Below are positions 27,742 through 40,968 of a DNA stretch of 64,000 bases, piece after piece. The stretch spans positions 62,001 through 126,000 of the forward strand of contig CT867985.1 of assembly GCA_000165425.1 (NCBI GenBank), written 5' to 3'. The DNA comes from Paramecium tetraurelia (Eukaryota). The stretch's first letter is position 1, and each line of letters begins with the position of its first letter. The translations under genes and the position numbers were made by a program. The notes beneath the pieces were generated by a model. That model ran no database searches, was not told where the DNA came from, and was given only the letters and a program-made list of their open reading frames with translations.

Positions 27742-30700
27742 GGTTAGACAGTTCTATTTGAGAATATTAGATAATCCATAAGAATTAGTATGATCTTATC
27801 TTCAATATTATATTTATATATAAGTTATATAAATAAAATTATTAAATGAAGTTTCAGAAATTGGAAGACGATTAAACATTGAAAGATCAACAGAATCTTA
27901 AATAAAAAAAAGAATTATTAAAGTAAGAATTTGAACATTTGGAAGAAATAAAAAAATATGACAATTTGTCATTTGTTTCAAGCAATGATTTTAAGTTTAA
28001 AGCAGAATTGGATAAACTTTTAGAAATGAATAGAAGCAAGAATAAAGAATTAAGTCTGTTGTTAAAACCTCAAACTTTTCAATCATCTAAATCTTAAATG
28101 GGAGGTTCCTAATTGTAAACCATTTCTGGGACTTATGGTTAGATTCGATCAATTAATAATCATCATTCAGACCCATTATTTGCAACATTCACATAAAGCA
28201 TTTATACTAAAGATACTGATAGCAATGAATAATATATAGAGCAATTAAGAGTTTAAGAAGAACGATATAACGATTTAATTTTAGAAGAATCTGAAAAAAG
28301 AGATTCCCTAGAATAGCAATTAATCCAAATAGAAAAATCTAAACTTATCTTACAATAAAAAGTAGAATAATATCATATGTTAACAAGAATGTCAAATAAG
28401 AGATTTGCAAACACATAATCTTTGTAATTTTTGGCTGAATAAAAAAAGGAAACAAGTAAAGTGAATTTGAGATCGATCAAAGATGAATTTGAATAAATGA
28501 AGAAGATGCAAGACACATATAAAAAATAACAAGAAGAAAAATAATCAAATTTATAGAAAGTCATTTATGTTGGAGAAGAGAACATTGGACATAATGCTAT
28601 TAAAATTGAGCATGCCTTATAAATGAATGATGAATGCATTAGATAAATAGAAAAATTAGAAATTGAAAAATAAAAAAAAATTGAAAAAAAATTAGAAAGT
28701 CGTTACATTTTAACTTATATTGAATGCTTTGAAAATTTTGAAAGGATTTTTATGGAACATACAGGAGTCTAAAATGCTTATAGAATAGTGGATGAATTCT
28801 AGGTAAATGAAGAATAATTACGTAAATATTCATAATAATAAATCTAATTTGATCAATCAGCCAATGTTTAAAGTGAGGAGGATTTTGATCGTAATGAACT
28901 ACTATCATAGATAACTAAGTTTTATGAATAAGGGGAAAATAGAACAAAATATATTTTAAATTTCATGTTAGAATAATATTGGCATTTATAATCAACTCTA
29001 AATAAAAGTAGTCTTGAATATGAAAATCTATTAAAGTAAAAAAAAGTATTATTGGATGCCATTGAAAATTTGGAATGGGAAATAAATGAATTGAAATAGA
29101 AGAATCCAAACTTGGAAGTTCATGAATACTCATCTGTAGCTGAAGATGCTGGTCTATTGCAAGTCAAAGAGTAAATGACTACATTAAATATTAAGAAAAT
29201 GGAAATGGAAGACCATTCAGATAATGTGTTGTATTAAAAAGCTGCAAAGGCATAAGGTTTGCTTATGAAATTTTAATTGGGATTAGCAGAATTTATGCAT
29301 AGAGTATTTTAAATAATTTCTCTCATAGACAATAAAAATAAGGAAATCAAAAAGTTTAAATATACAGGATTGTCAAGTGAAATATTGAATTATGAAAAAT
29401 ATCTAGCAAAAGTCTATCATTCAAATGAAAAGAAATTTTAAATTACTAATAATTCAGAATAAATGGATGTTTAACCATTACATCTAAATTTATTTTAAAT
29501 TTCCAATATTATTTCATAAGTGTTAAACATCAATTAAAATATTGTTGAAGAAATTAGTACCTACTTTTTTATATAATGTAAGACCGATTAAGTTTTATGG
29601 TTTCATTTGACTTAGGATAATTTCACTCAATTTATAAGTCAATATAAATCTTTAGATCCTATTTTGATTTTAAAAGAATTACAATCTCCAAAGATGATTA
29701 ATTAATTTAGAGAAAAATTAGTAGATATTTTTACTAGTAATTTTAAGGAATTATTCACCTTTTTTACAAATATGTATAGTAAAGTTAAGGATATAGCTGA
29801 GGATTTGTTAATTCATTTGAAGGAAAATAATCCCAAATTTGACTTCAATAAATTAAACAGAAATCTTACTAAAGAAGGATAAGACATCAAGCAAGCCAAA
29901 GAATTGATTATCAAAAGGATGATTGAATATAAGACAGGAGATAATTTTACATTAAGAAAAGAGAATTCTATGCAAGCTCTTAAGAATGCTAAAACTAAAA
30001 TGGAAGATGATCAAGTTATAGAATAAGTTTAAACAAAATTATAGCAAGATTACTAAAATTCTAAAGATTTATTCCCATTAAAGGAGGAATTTGATGAATC
30101 CTAACTAGCTTAAATTAAAAGCTTCTTCAGATAGAAGATTAAGGAAAAAAATGAAGAAAAGAAAGAATGCAAAACTGATTAAAATTCAACAAAAGATCAG
30201 ATTACAATAATTAAGGATTAGTAAGACTTTTAATAGAAAAAAAAAATACAAGAAAGAAACGAAAATAAATATGAAAAGGGAAGAAATAAGAAAAATTAGG
30301 AAGTCAAACCTTAAAATTAAGCGATAAGAGATGAATTAGAATAAGAAAGGGAATTACTAAAAGCGTAAATTGCTTCGAATGTTTAGAGAATGCAAGAAGA
30401 AAAAGAAAGAAAAGAAAAACCTGAATTTAAAGAATAATAAAATGAAAGAAAAACATAAATAAAAGAATCAACAGAAAGACTTTATGGTGAAAGAGGATAC
30501 ACAGTATAATTGATTAGAAATATGGCATTGACATCAAATATTTTGAGTGATATTGATTAATTAGAGCATTTTCAAACAAAAATTGAATAACCACAATTAG
30601 TAAGTGCTTTTGTTATGCAAAGAAAGAATTTGCATAAGAATCTGACAAAAGATTTAACATTGCCATAACTCTCATACTTAAAACCAACAAGTGCATATAT

Positions 30701-30989
30701 TGCAAGAAGGAATTAATCATCTGAATAAATCAAGGCTATGGATTACAAAAGGTACTATGAAATAGAAAACGGAGTCAGCATCAGACCATAAACACAATAA
30801 TTAGCAAGAAAGTCAATTTCCAAATAAAAAAATAATACTTTTAACACTGAAGAATATAAGAAAAAATACTCAGTTAAGAATTTGAAGAATTACAATAGTG
30901 AAGTTAAATCTAATTAAATGCCATAGCCTATAGTAGAAATCCCTATGAATTATGGACCTTAGTCATGTTTAATCCCTTAAATGAATTGA
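27742..30989 (+). CDS. Large coiled-coil hypothetical protein (~1000 aa)
   Basis: About 3 kb of E/K/Q-rich open frame (NEVSEIGRRLNIERSTESQIKKELLKQEFEHLEEIKKYD...) ending at TGA 30987-30989. The start codon is unresolved. Confidence 0.65.
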
Positions 30990-31039
30990 TTCACAATAAT
31001 TTACACATATATTATAAATAATTTATCAGTTAAAATTGA

Positions 31040-32177
31040 TATGTTTTTGTCGAATAAGAGAAAATAAGAGCTTTTTCGACTAGATTCTATGCTTGATAAG
31101 CTTAATGAATTCATTCAAAATTAGAGTTTATAATTAGAGAAAATATAAAGGATAAAAACCCTTGAATCTATTGATTAATAGAAATAATTCTAATTTAAGA
31201 TTAAACCATTAGAAATTACTATTTTGTTTGAAAAGCTGAATACTTTACTATTGAAAAGGAAGTCCTCGATTTTAATTCATATGTTAATAGTTACAAAATA
31301 TCAAACAGCTTCGAAAGTAAAATATAATACATAAGAATCTATAAATATTAAATGCTTTACACCAAGGGATATTAATTAACAATCCTTAAATAGTATAAGT
31401 GGTGGAGGTAATAAATAAAAAATGAGTAGTCATTTTAGTCGATTGTAATAGAGCTATAACAAAGAAAATATTGGCTCAACTCGATCATCTCATTAAAATA
31501 GTTAATTAAGATCTAACTGTATATACTATTAAATTGATACAATAAAAGAAAATAATAAAGTAAAAAAGAAGGATTTCTTACTCTCACCTACTGAAACTCC
31601 TTTACTTAATTAGAAAACCACCAAATATAATTTCTTAAAAAATAAGATATATACTCCTAGTTATAATAGATAATTGAAATCTAGTTACAAATCTTATCAA
31701 AGCTAAAGCAGAGAAAGAGTTTTTAGCAAAAACTTCAGGAAAGGTCTCCTTTAATTTGATGATAATACTCTTAATAATTACTAGATAACATAAACAATTA
31801 TTTCTAATTAATAAAATTGTAAATCGTTTAATAAATATTTATAGAAATTTCTTACTTCACCATAGAAACAAACACCACTGAAGAAGAGGATTAATAGGAT
31901 CAACTATTTACAAATCCTTCTGAATGGAATCAGTATTTAATATCAAGAGATAACAAATTTGTTTAGTCTAGATAATAAACTAGTGTCAATACTTAAACTT
32001 AATAGTTATAAAGAGAAACTACGAATATCCTAAAATCATGCCTATTTGGATTTTTCTTGGGACTGTTTTTGGGATTAATGCTCTTACAAAATTTATACAT
32101 ATTTATGTGATTAAAATTATATAAATAATTAAATCTACAATTTATTAATAATGTTTAAAATTATTATCCTCTCATGA
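31040..32177 (+). CDS. Hypothetical low-complexity protein
   Basis: MFLSNKRKQELFRLDSMLDKLNEFIQNQ... continuous frame with S/T-P motifs. Confidence 0.55.
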
Positions 32178-32315
32178 ATATATTTAAAAATTAATGATAA
32201 ATTAATAGTATTTTTAATTTCCAACAAGTTAGTTTTATAGATACCTTTATTAGATTATATTTAATTTATATATATATATGAATAGTTTAAAAGAAAAAAT
32301 AAAAAAAATAAATTA

Positions 32316-34076
32316 TCATAAACAATTATCATTTTTATGGATATTAAGTTTAGATGTTTAGAATAATTTTGAATTAATCGAGAAGTTGAGTTTATGTAAA
32401 TGCTCTTGATCAACGAAATTATTATCATGTTCATAGTTGTTAAGTTGGTATTCGTCTTCAAATTCATATTACTGATTTTTTTGTTAAGGCAAAGTTTTAG
32501 ATGGAAGACGAATACCATATTTATCAACCTAGTTCTGTTCTTTTTCGTTTGATGCTTTAGAAAAAGAACTGATTTCTTATTGTTTTAAACATTCTTAACT
32601 TTTTCGACTGATAGGAACACTCAAAATTGAAATTGTTCTGTTTTTATTACCAAAATTTTAAGGAGTAGTTTATGTATTTGCTTAACTAACATAATGAATT
32701 CCTTAATCCATTTCCATACTGGCATGCATATGCACATGTGTTTCACCTTTTGCATTAATATCGTGATATTGTTTTGATACAATTTATTTGGGTAATGATA
32801 TTTAACAAAAAAAGGGCGTTTTAAAAAATGAATGATTTAAAGCTTCACTTATCGTTATTCTGTCCTTTGGATATTTCTTTGTCATTTAACAAATCAAATT
32901 CTCTACTAAGTTTATAATCTCATATGTTACATACATGTTTTTGGATATTTGGATGCAGGTATTTCAAAATAAGCCTCTGTGTTTTTCTTGATAGTTGATT
33001 TTAAATCATTTTATTTAAATGGATTATATCCATATAATATAACAAATAATGTTATTCCAATACTAAAAATATCACATTGTTAATTATAAGTTTTCTTAGA
33101 TTCTTCATATTTTAATACTTCAGGAGCAGAATATCTAATAAATTATCAAGCAATCATACCCTGGACTTCCACATTAGGGAAATGGTATTTGTTTTTAGCA
33201 AGTAAAAGCTGCTAATCCAAAATCAATAATAACAGGTTTCTATATGTCATTCCCACTAAGTAAAATGTTCTATGGTTTAATATCTCTATGCATAACTTTT
33301 TATTAATGAATCTACTCTATCGCACTGAGTATTTTAAAAATCATTATTCTTAGATCCTCTTATGAGTAAATTTTCTTGGATGATTGCTATGATACTAATT
33401 CAGGACCATTTATATATTCAGTTAACAAATATATATTTGATTAATTTTCATAGACCCTAAATAATTTTAAGATATTTGGATGATTAAACATGCGCAAAGC
33501 TTATATTTCATTTAATAACTATTCTTCGTAATTCTTATTTTTGTTAATTTATTTAATTGTTTGTTTTTTGATGATTTTTACAGCAAAAATCTCCCCTTCT
33601 TTATTTTAGCATTAATGAACCTTAATTTAATTATATATGTTTACTGTTGAGAAGCTTCCCTAACCTATCTAAGCTCCTAGTTTATATGTTTTATCAAAAT
33701 CACTTAGGATACAACAGTTAGATAATGCTTCCACCCATATATTATATTGCTATAGTTCGTGTGTATATAGATGTATTTAATAACCATTATTTATTAATGA
33801 TATTTCCAACCCTTATTCAAACTGATGAAATTAACAATACACTGTGTCTAGCTGCACGAATCCCTTAATCCGATTACCTTTACCTACATCAGAATAGAGT
33901 AGAAATTGCTTGACCAAAAAGTAAGTTCTGACGCATCTTTATTTAAAAGTCTTTCCAACTTTCGTAAAGTTACCCATTAGCACTTAAATATTTTAAAAAT
34001 CCTCTTAATCAAATGTAGGAATGTCAGTTTTGTTCCAAAATTCTTAATTCTCCACTTGACCCTTACTAAATATCAT
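32316..34076 (-). CDS. PH-domain plus CAMK-type Ser/Thr kinase
   Basis: PH-like GNFTKVGKTFKQRCVRTYFLVKQFLLYSD...IKGFVQLD...WVEAL, then IGQGSFS, AVKII, HRDIKPQNILL, DFGLA, CGSPG-YSAPE and DIFSIG. Confidence 0.9.
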
Positions 34077-35960
34077 ATTTATTATTAAAAATTAACAAAT
34101 TGAATAAAATAGCTACAATTTATTTTCTAATGTTGATACACTTTAAACCGTCCCATCACCTAATCAAACTTAATCTTTTCAATAATATATTCCATTTCAA
34201 ATAATAATTATATATCTAACATTTTATGAGAACAATTACCTAACTATCAACAATATTCCTATCAAAAATATTTCATATCTTATTTGAGCCAAGTTTACCA
34301 GTAATAACATGAAAGGATAACATTTCGATCTGTGAAGTTACAAGATGGTTCTAAATTTGCTCCAATCTATAATTATATATTTATATGATTGTCAACTTTT
34401 AAACTTCAAACTCTCTTGAACAAAATTAAATCAATCTTAGTTTTAGTGTTATGCACCATTACTAAATAAACTACCATTTTTTAAAGAAAAACTTTTTGAA
34501 AGAAATTATAACTTAATTATCTATCCAATTATTCTTAAAGGAATATTTCAAAACACTTAGTAAAAGTATTGAGTAATTACGATTAAGTATAAATTCATAT
34601 AAATAACCCTTTCATTTCATTTTAATTGAGTTTAGTGTTCATTTAGAATTGGTAAAATCGTTTTATTATTGATTATTTTAAAACTTTAAACTTTGAGTTA
34701 TATTTCTCTCAAAAATGAACATTGAATTATTTGAGGAGCCCATCATGTTAAGTTATCAAAATTAACTAAAATATTGTAACAATAAGGGTTTTTACAATGC
34801 AAGTATTAGTCTTCAAATTATATGTTATGTATTTTTAAAAAAATATTGTGTGTAATATTCTTATTAATATAAACAAAGCTAAATTGACAGTGTTATTTTG
34901 CATTGAAATAAACATTTAAATCAGAATTTTAAAATTACTTATATAAATTATTAGTAATATTTAATAATTCAATCTTAATTTTATAAATTTATTTCACAGC
35001 TCATAATATATAATGAATAAGCTCGTAAAATTAATAATTTTAGTTACAATCATGATCATACATTTATCAAATAATTTTTAACAAGTATCAATCGTCTTTA
35101 CTTGACTAAAATAATGAGGCCTTATTTGTCTTTGAAGATAATAGGTTTTCAATTCGACAAAAGAAGATCTACTTCTAAATTACATGACAAAAATAGATTC
35201 CAATTAATATTGTCTTCATTAAATGGTTTTAAATGATTAAATGTTAGAATTAGAAAATTATAGATTCAATACTAAACAATGATGGCTAAATTATTAGAAT
35301 TAAGTTGTTTTTTATATTTATCATAAAATTGTAAAGATAATTATAAAAATCAGAACAGATAATGAGATTTTTAATCGAAATCTGGGAGTTTCGGTAATTT
35401 TCTCAACCGATTACCATATTCCCTTTATTTTTCATAATGAATATCAAGATTCTTCTTGGATATATTTGGTTTAAGGGTTTGCAATTTCTTGATCAAATTG
35501 ATATTTTCTAAGGAACTATTAAAAGTGTTTTTTGAACTTTTAATGTCATTTGAGAGATTCCTCTAAATCGATTTAGATTGACATATGAATTTTCTCTTAT
35601 TTTGATTCTTTCGATTTTGTCATCCAATATATTATTAATTTTAGGAAGAGAAATAATTTTTGTAATTTATCTTATGCATTTTATTATTTTTATTTATTAA
35701 ATTTGGATGTATATTAAAGCAATTAAAATCGAGAATTAGTTGCACTTTAATTTTATTCGATTGTTTTGTAGATATTGATATTGTCTTTATCAATCTCCTC
35801 TATTCTTTTAAAATAGTTGTAGTACTCTTCTAGTTGATAAGATTCGATAGTAGGATTATGGATAATAAAGCGATTAGCTTTCATATATAGGAGTTACTTA
35901 ATTAATTAAGTTTATTGATAAAATTAATGAACATATTGAATGTATTTTATATTGGTTTAC

Positions 35961-36688
35961 TCAAGCCAATTTTAAGTCCTCAATGTGAACTGGAGTCATT
36001 GGTACATATTTATAAGATGGATCAGCATATTTGGTTTTCTTCACATGTTCAGGTTGTGTTGATCTTTCTTTGATGATTTTGGCATGTTATTTATGATACT
36101 AATTATTTGAATAAAATAATGATTTTTACTCTTTTCATCATTTCTGCTGTATAAATTGAGCTAATTTCTGTATAATGTGCAGATAATCTTTGATTCAATG
36201 TATTTAATGGGAAATGCAAAGCATTTGTAGCCTTCTTCATCACATAATCCAAATTATCAGGACTAAGAATATCATTAAGATCAATTACTAGTATGATCTG
36301 TTCTCAGAGGAATAGTACACTAATCTGAATAGACCTCCTAATACAGCCAAAGGACCCAAGAACACTGCTGCTCTCATTGGTCTCAACATGTGATATCCTT
36401 GATGAGTTAATCCTCTAAATCATAGATTCATATTTCTACTTCAATACTGAGTACTTATGACCCATAAAGGCTGTGGCAAAGAGCACTCTTCTGTTGAAGT
36501 AAATGAACATTTAATTTGTTGGGTGATAGCCAAATTCTCTTGGTCCAATAAGGAAGAATCTACCGATCTTTCCCAAAAGTCCTTCATGTTAGTGTATATT
36601 AGCTACCTGATCGTTTAGCCAATTTCTCATTGATAACGACTGAGACTGGTTATAAAAACTTTAACCATGCTTATTGAATTGGATTCAT
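35961..36688 (-). CDS. Mitochondrial ATP synthase membrane subunit (ciliate subunit i/j-like)
   Basis: MNPIQQAWLKFLQPVSVVINEKLAKRSGLLGKIGRFFLIGPREFGYHP...PLNTLNQRLSAHYTEISSIYTAEMMKRYHK...KYADPSY. From memory this closely resembles a Tetrahymena ATP synthase subunit. Four short introns and biased codon usage suggesting high expression. Confidence 0.75.
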
Positions 36689-36701
36689 CTTAATTAAATA
36701 A

Positions 36702-37163
36702 ATGTTATAAGAAACTTTTAATAAAAATTACTAATTACGCATTCGGAAATCCTTACCCAAATAACTGCCAAAACCTTCTTTTGTTCCAATTATTGAAAGA
36801 AATTATTAACTCTCAAAGATCAATCAGAATTACTAATTTCCTCGTACTGATACTTCTGTAGATTCTTGTGATGAAATGGAAATTTATGGTGTTTATGATT
36901 TAAATTAGTAGAACAACAAGAAAATTAAATTCAATAAACATCTTAGTACTTTAGATGTCTAAATTCCTATTTAGAAGAGAAGACTTAAAACATAACATGA
37001 GGACAACAATCAAAAACCAATAAATTTATCTCTAAACATACAACGAATAAAGACAGAGGTTTCACAAGATAATATCTCAATTAAATTGCCTTCGCTTAAA
37101 TTCAGATCCAAAAAGAATGTGTTACAACTCAGATCAATTTCAAATACAATATGCCATCAGTGA
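36702..37163 (+). CDS. Hypothetical basic protein (~153 aa)
   Basis: Uninterrupted MLQETFNKNYQLRIRKSLPKQLPKPSFVPIIERNYQ...RTDTSVDSCDEMEIY...LPSL to TGA. Confidence 0.55.
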
Positions 37164-37609
37164 ATATGAAAATAATTTAAATAATATTATCAAACTCTTA
37201 TTATTCTTCATTTCTTCAGCCCAAGATTTTCATGCCAAAACATAACAAAATTTATAGAGTACTATTAATTTATTAACGAAATCTAATTCTAATTTTTGCT
37301 ACTTCAACACTCTAATCTATTACTTCTCAAGTAATTACTAAATCTGGTTCTCTCTCTTTCAATGTTATTGTAAACTAGTGATTTGTCACTTTCAACATTA
37401 TTGTTAAATATCATTAAATATTCATTTGCAATACTAAATATTAAAACTAAAGAGAAAGTGAATTCAAAAATCACAATACTAATTTGAATTAGAATTCTAT
37501 GCATTCTCCAAATGTCATTTGTGATTAATTCTGATATTCTAAATTATTAACTTGAAAATCACATTATCAAGTATTTAGAAATTGGGTATTTTAAATAATT
37601 TTAATAATA

Positions 37610-40591
37610 ATGTCTGAATATCATGATGAATTTCAAGAAGATCAATAAAAATTGAATGCCTTGAACCTGTCTTGGACATTGGGGTTTAATTACAAAATGG
37701 TAAATGGAGTTCACAACCTCACTAATGATTCTCGTAAGGTATGATCAATTTGAATTTAGGAAATATTCTATGCAACAGCACACACAGGAGTCATATTTGA
37801 TTATGGGAATAACTAATAAAGATTATTATAAGGACATGTATAATATTATCTGATTCTTAGTGTAACAAAATTTCATGCACAGCATATTGCAAAGAATTGG
37901 ACATAATTGTAACTGCTGATGCAGGGCCTGACAGTATGTTGGTCATATGGGATGCAAAGACAGGAGTACCAAGAAGAACGATATTTGAGCCACATGCTAA
38001 TGGTGTTTAAGCAGTGGATATTAGTGAGAATGGCCAATATTTGGTAACATTGTCAAAGGAAGAACCCGATAAAATACAATCTATATCGTTTTGGGACTGG
38101 TAATCTCAAGATCCTCGTCTCAGAACAACAGTCTTAGATGATAAATTAAAAGATTATCAATACTATGTTACAATCAATAATAATGCTGAGCAAAAGCAAA
38201 ATTAGCAATAGATATTTGAATTTGCTACCACAGGCAAAAAGAGAGTTGTCTTTTGGAGTTGGGAATATGGAGCAGCAGGATTCGAGTATTACAGTCCTGA
38301 AGTCTAAAAGAATAAGGTGTTGACCTAGACAGTCTTTATTCCTAAGAATAAGAATGTGGTAACAGGAACATTGGATGGATACATAATAGTTTGGGATGTA
38401 TCTCTTATTATTGAAGAATATGGATAACCAGATGAGAGAAGAGTTATTAAGATAGTGAATCTAATGAATGTGGCTAATAAATCAGAGACATAATAGAAGA
38501 AAGGAAATGCTTAGATTTTATTATTAAGAGTCTAAGGAAGGTATTTAGTAGTTGGAGCATCTAATGGATCTATAAGATTTTATGATTTCAAATTCAGAAT
38601 TAGAGCATGGTTTGAAGATGTTGTGATTGGATAGAATGGTCTAAATATTTAATGCATAGGATCTATTACTAATTTATCATTTGCAAATGAGAGTGTGTTC
38701 TAAGAGGATTTTGAAACTGAATCAGATGAAGAGAAGGACAAGGATGAGTAATCCTAGAAGAAGTCAAAACCATTTCTATGTTAAGATTTTATAGTTGTAG
38801 ATGATAAGGCTAATGTGATATTATTAAAATCATCACAATTTTAAGAAATAGAAAAAGAAAAGAAGAAAGGAACAGTCATCATGTCATCTATTGTGTCACC
38901 TATTATCTCTCATATCTGTGAAGACCTAATGTTCCTGTTGTTGCATTTAGTTGTGAAGATAACAAAATTTATGAATGGAATTTCTATGAAAAACACAATA
39001 AACTGAAAGAAATTAAAGAGAAGGGAAGTGAATTACAAATATAAAGTACATTTATAGAATACAGTCCTGATGGTTATTATTTAGCTGTCTGTTCAAAAAA
39101 TGGAATAGTTCATATGTATGATTGCAGAGAAGAAAAATGGCTTAAAAATCTATTGGTTTCAGAAACTGACAAAACTAAACCAAAAATAACCTACTTAACT
39201 TTTAGTATTGATTCAAAATATTTTGCTACAATTGATGAATCTTATGCAGTCAGTGTTTTTAATTTTGATTTCGATCCTAACAGTCAATTGAAATAATAAA
39301 AAGAATGGATATTTGCTGGTAAATATAGAGTACATCATGGACCAATCAAATCAGTTGCCTTTGGTGAAACACTTGATGAAAAGAACTAAGTTCAATTAAA
39401 GGTGTTCACCATAGGAGAAGACATGAAGTTGGCAGTCTACGATGTTTTAGATCCAACTCAAGATCCATATAATAGAGTTAAATTAAGAAGTGTAGTCTCT
39501 ATTGAATAGGAATGTTTGCCATCAGCATGTATCTGGTATCCAATAAATCTATAAAGAGAGGATGTCTTATTAACAACAAATAGTGAATTCAAATTGAAAT
39601 TATGGACTGTATTAAAAGATCTTCGTATTATCTGTAAAAAGACTTGTTTAGGTCCCACATTTGGTGGACATATCAAAAGATTATTATTACTTAATCCAAG
39701 CGATATGAAAAATGAATACTAAGATAAATATTTGGCATACTCTACAGGTGAGAAGGTGGTTGGTATAATTAAATTGCCTTTGGATGGTAATCCCAATAAA
39801 ACTATGGGTTTGATTGCACATCCTGAGAAGATTGTTGATTTATCATCAACTTAAGATGGTAAATTATTTTTTACTTCTGGTGGTGATGACTTTGCAATTA
39901 ATATTTGGAGTGTCGATTTTGCTGCTTTAGAAGATAATTTTTAAACACAAGAAACAGAATATGAAATATTTTCAAATTTATTAGATGGAGGACCTGAAGG
40001 ATAGACTTTAAGAGATTTGAAAGACTTCTTTTATTATAGTCAGATTAGATCAAAGGATGAACATACTACTAAGGCTAGAAAATTAGATGGTCTAGTACCA
40101 TTGACTGCTATTGCTGATATGATGAGATCTATGGGATACTTCCCAACAAATTAAGAAATCGAAAATATGATAAATGAGATCAAGTTTTCAAAATATCTTG
40201 AAACAGGCGAACAAATTTCAGAATTGGAAATTAATACATTCCTTAAATTGTATGTTAATCATAAACCTGTTAATGGTGTCACTAAAGGTCAAATATATGA
40301 TGCATTAAAGACACTGTCTAAAGACACAGGAGTGATGCCATGGGATTAATTTACTGAGTTATTGAAAACAAAGGGTGAAAAATTAGATGAACAAGAAATT
40401 GAATGTAATATAAATATTCTATTATAGATTATTTGGAATCATTGTTGCCAAACAAAAATTATCCATAACAATTGCATTTGAATAATCTTTGTGATGAATT
40501 GTTAGGTTTTGAAGATATGGATGGTACTTAAGAATAGTAAGAGTAATAAGAAGAAGTTTAAGATGCCGGTTCTGAAGATGAATAGTAGTGA
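37610..40591 (+). CDS. CFAP251: Cilia- and flagella-associated protein 251 (WDR66), WD40 plus C-terminal EF-like region
   Basis: LNLSWTLGFNYKMVNGVHNL, IFYATAHTGVIFDY..QRLLQGHCNKIS, KKTCLGPTFGG, LPLDGNPNKTMGLIAHP, DLKDFFYYSQIRS, MRSMGYFPT, LYVNHKPV. Frame anomaly near 38910. Confidence 0.93.
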
Positions 40592-40968
40592 AATTATATT
40601 TATTCTTATTATAATATTAAAATTAAATTAATAGTGTTCTATTTATAAATTAAATGTTATTCATAATGAAAAATTCAATGTAAATTTCATTCATATGGAG
40701 AATAAGAATATAAAATGGAACTTCCATTTTTAGATTGATAGGTATAATGATAAGATATTATAAAGCTGAATTAAATTGTTGAAATCCTTATGATAACTCT
40801 ATAATAATGTGTTCATCAATTTGAGAATAGGAAATAATTAATGGAAATAACCTTAAATGGGGAGTGAGTAATAACATAATAAATTAATAATAAAAAGTTT
40901 GCCAATACAAGCAATTAATTAGAAATAATGATTGTTAATTATTATATTTTTCAAATTCAAATTTTTCA

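Noticed and set aside
38630..38660. Possible non-canonical intron in CFAP251 (GQNGLNIQCIG)
   Set aside because: The frame stays open, and a canonical 21-nt GT-AG intron or a simple insertion explains it.
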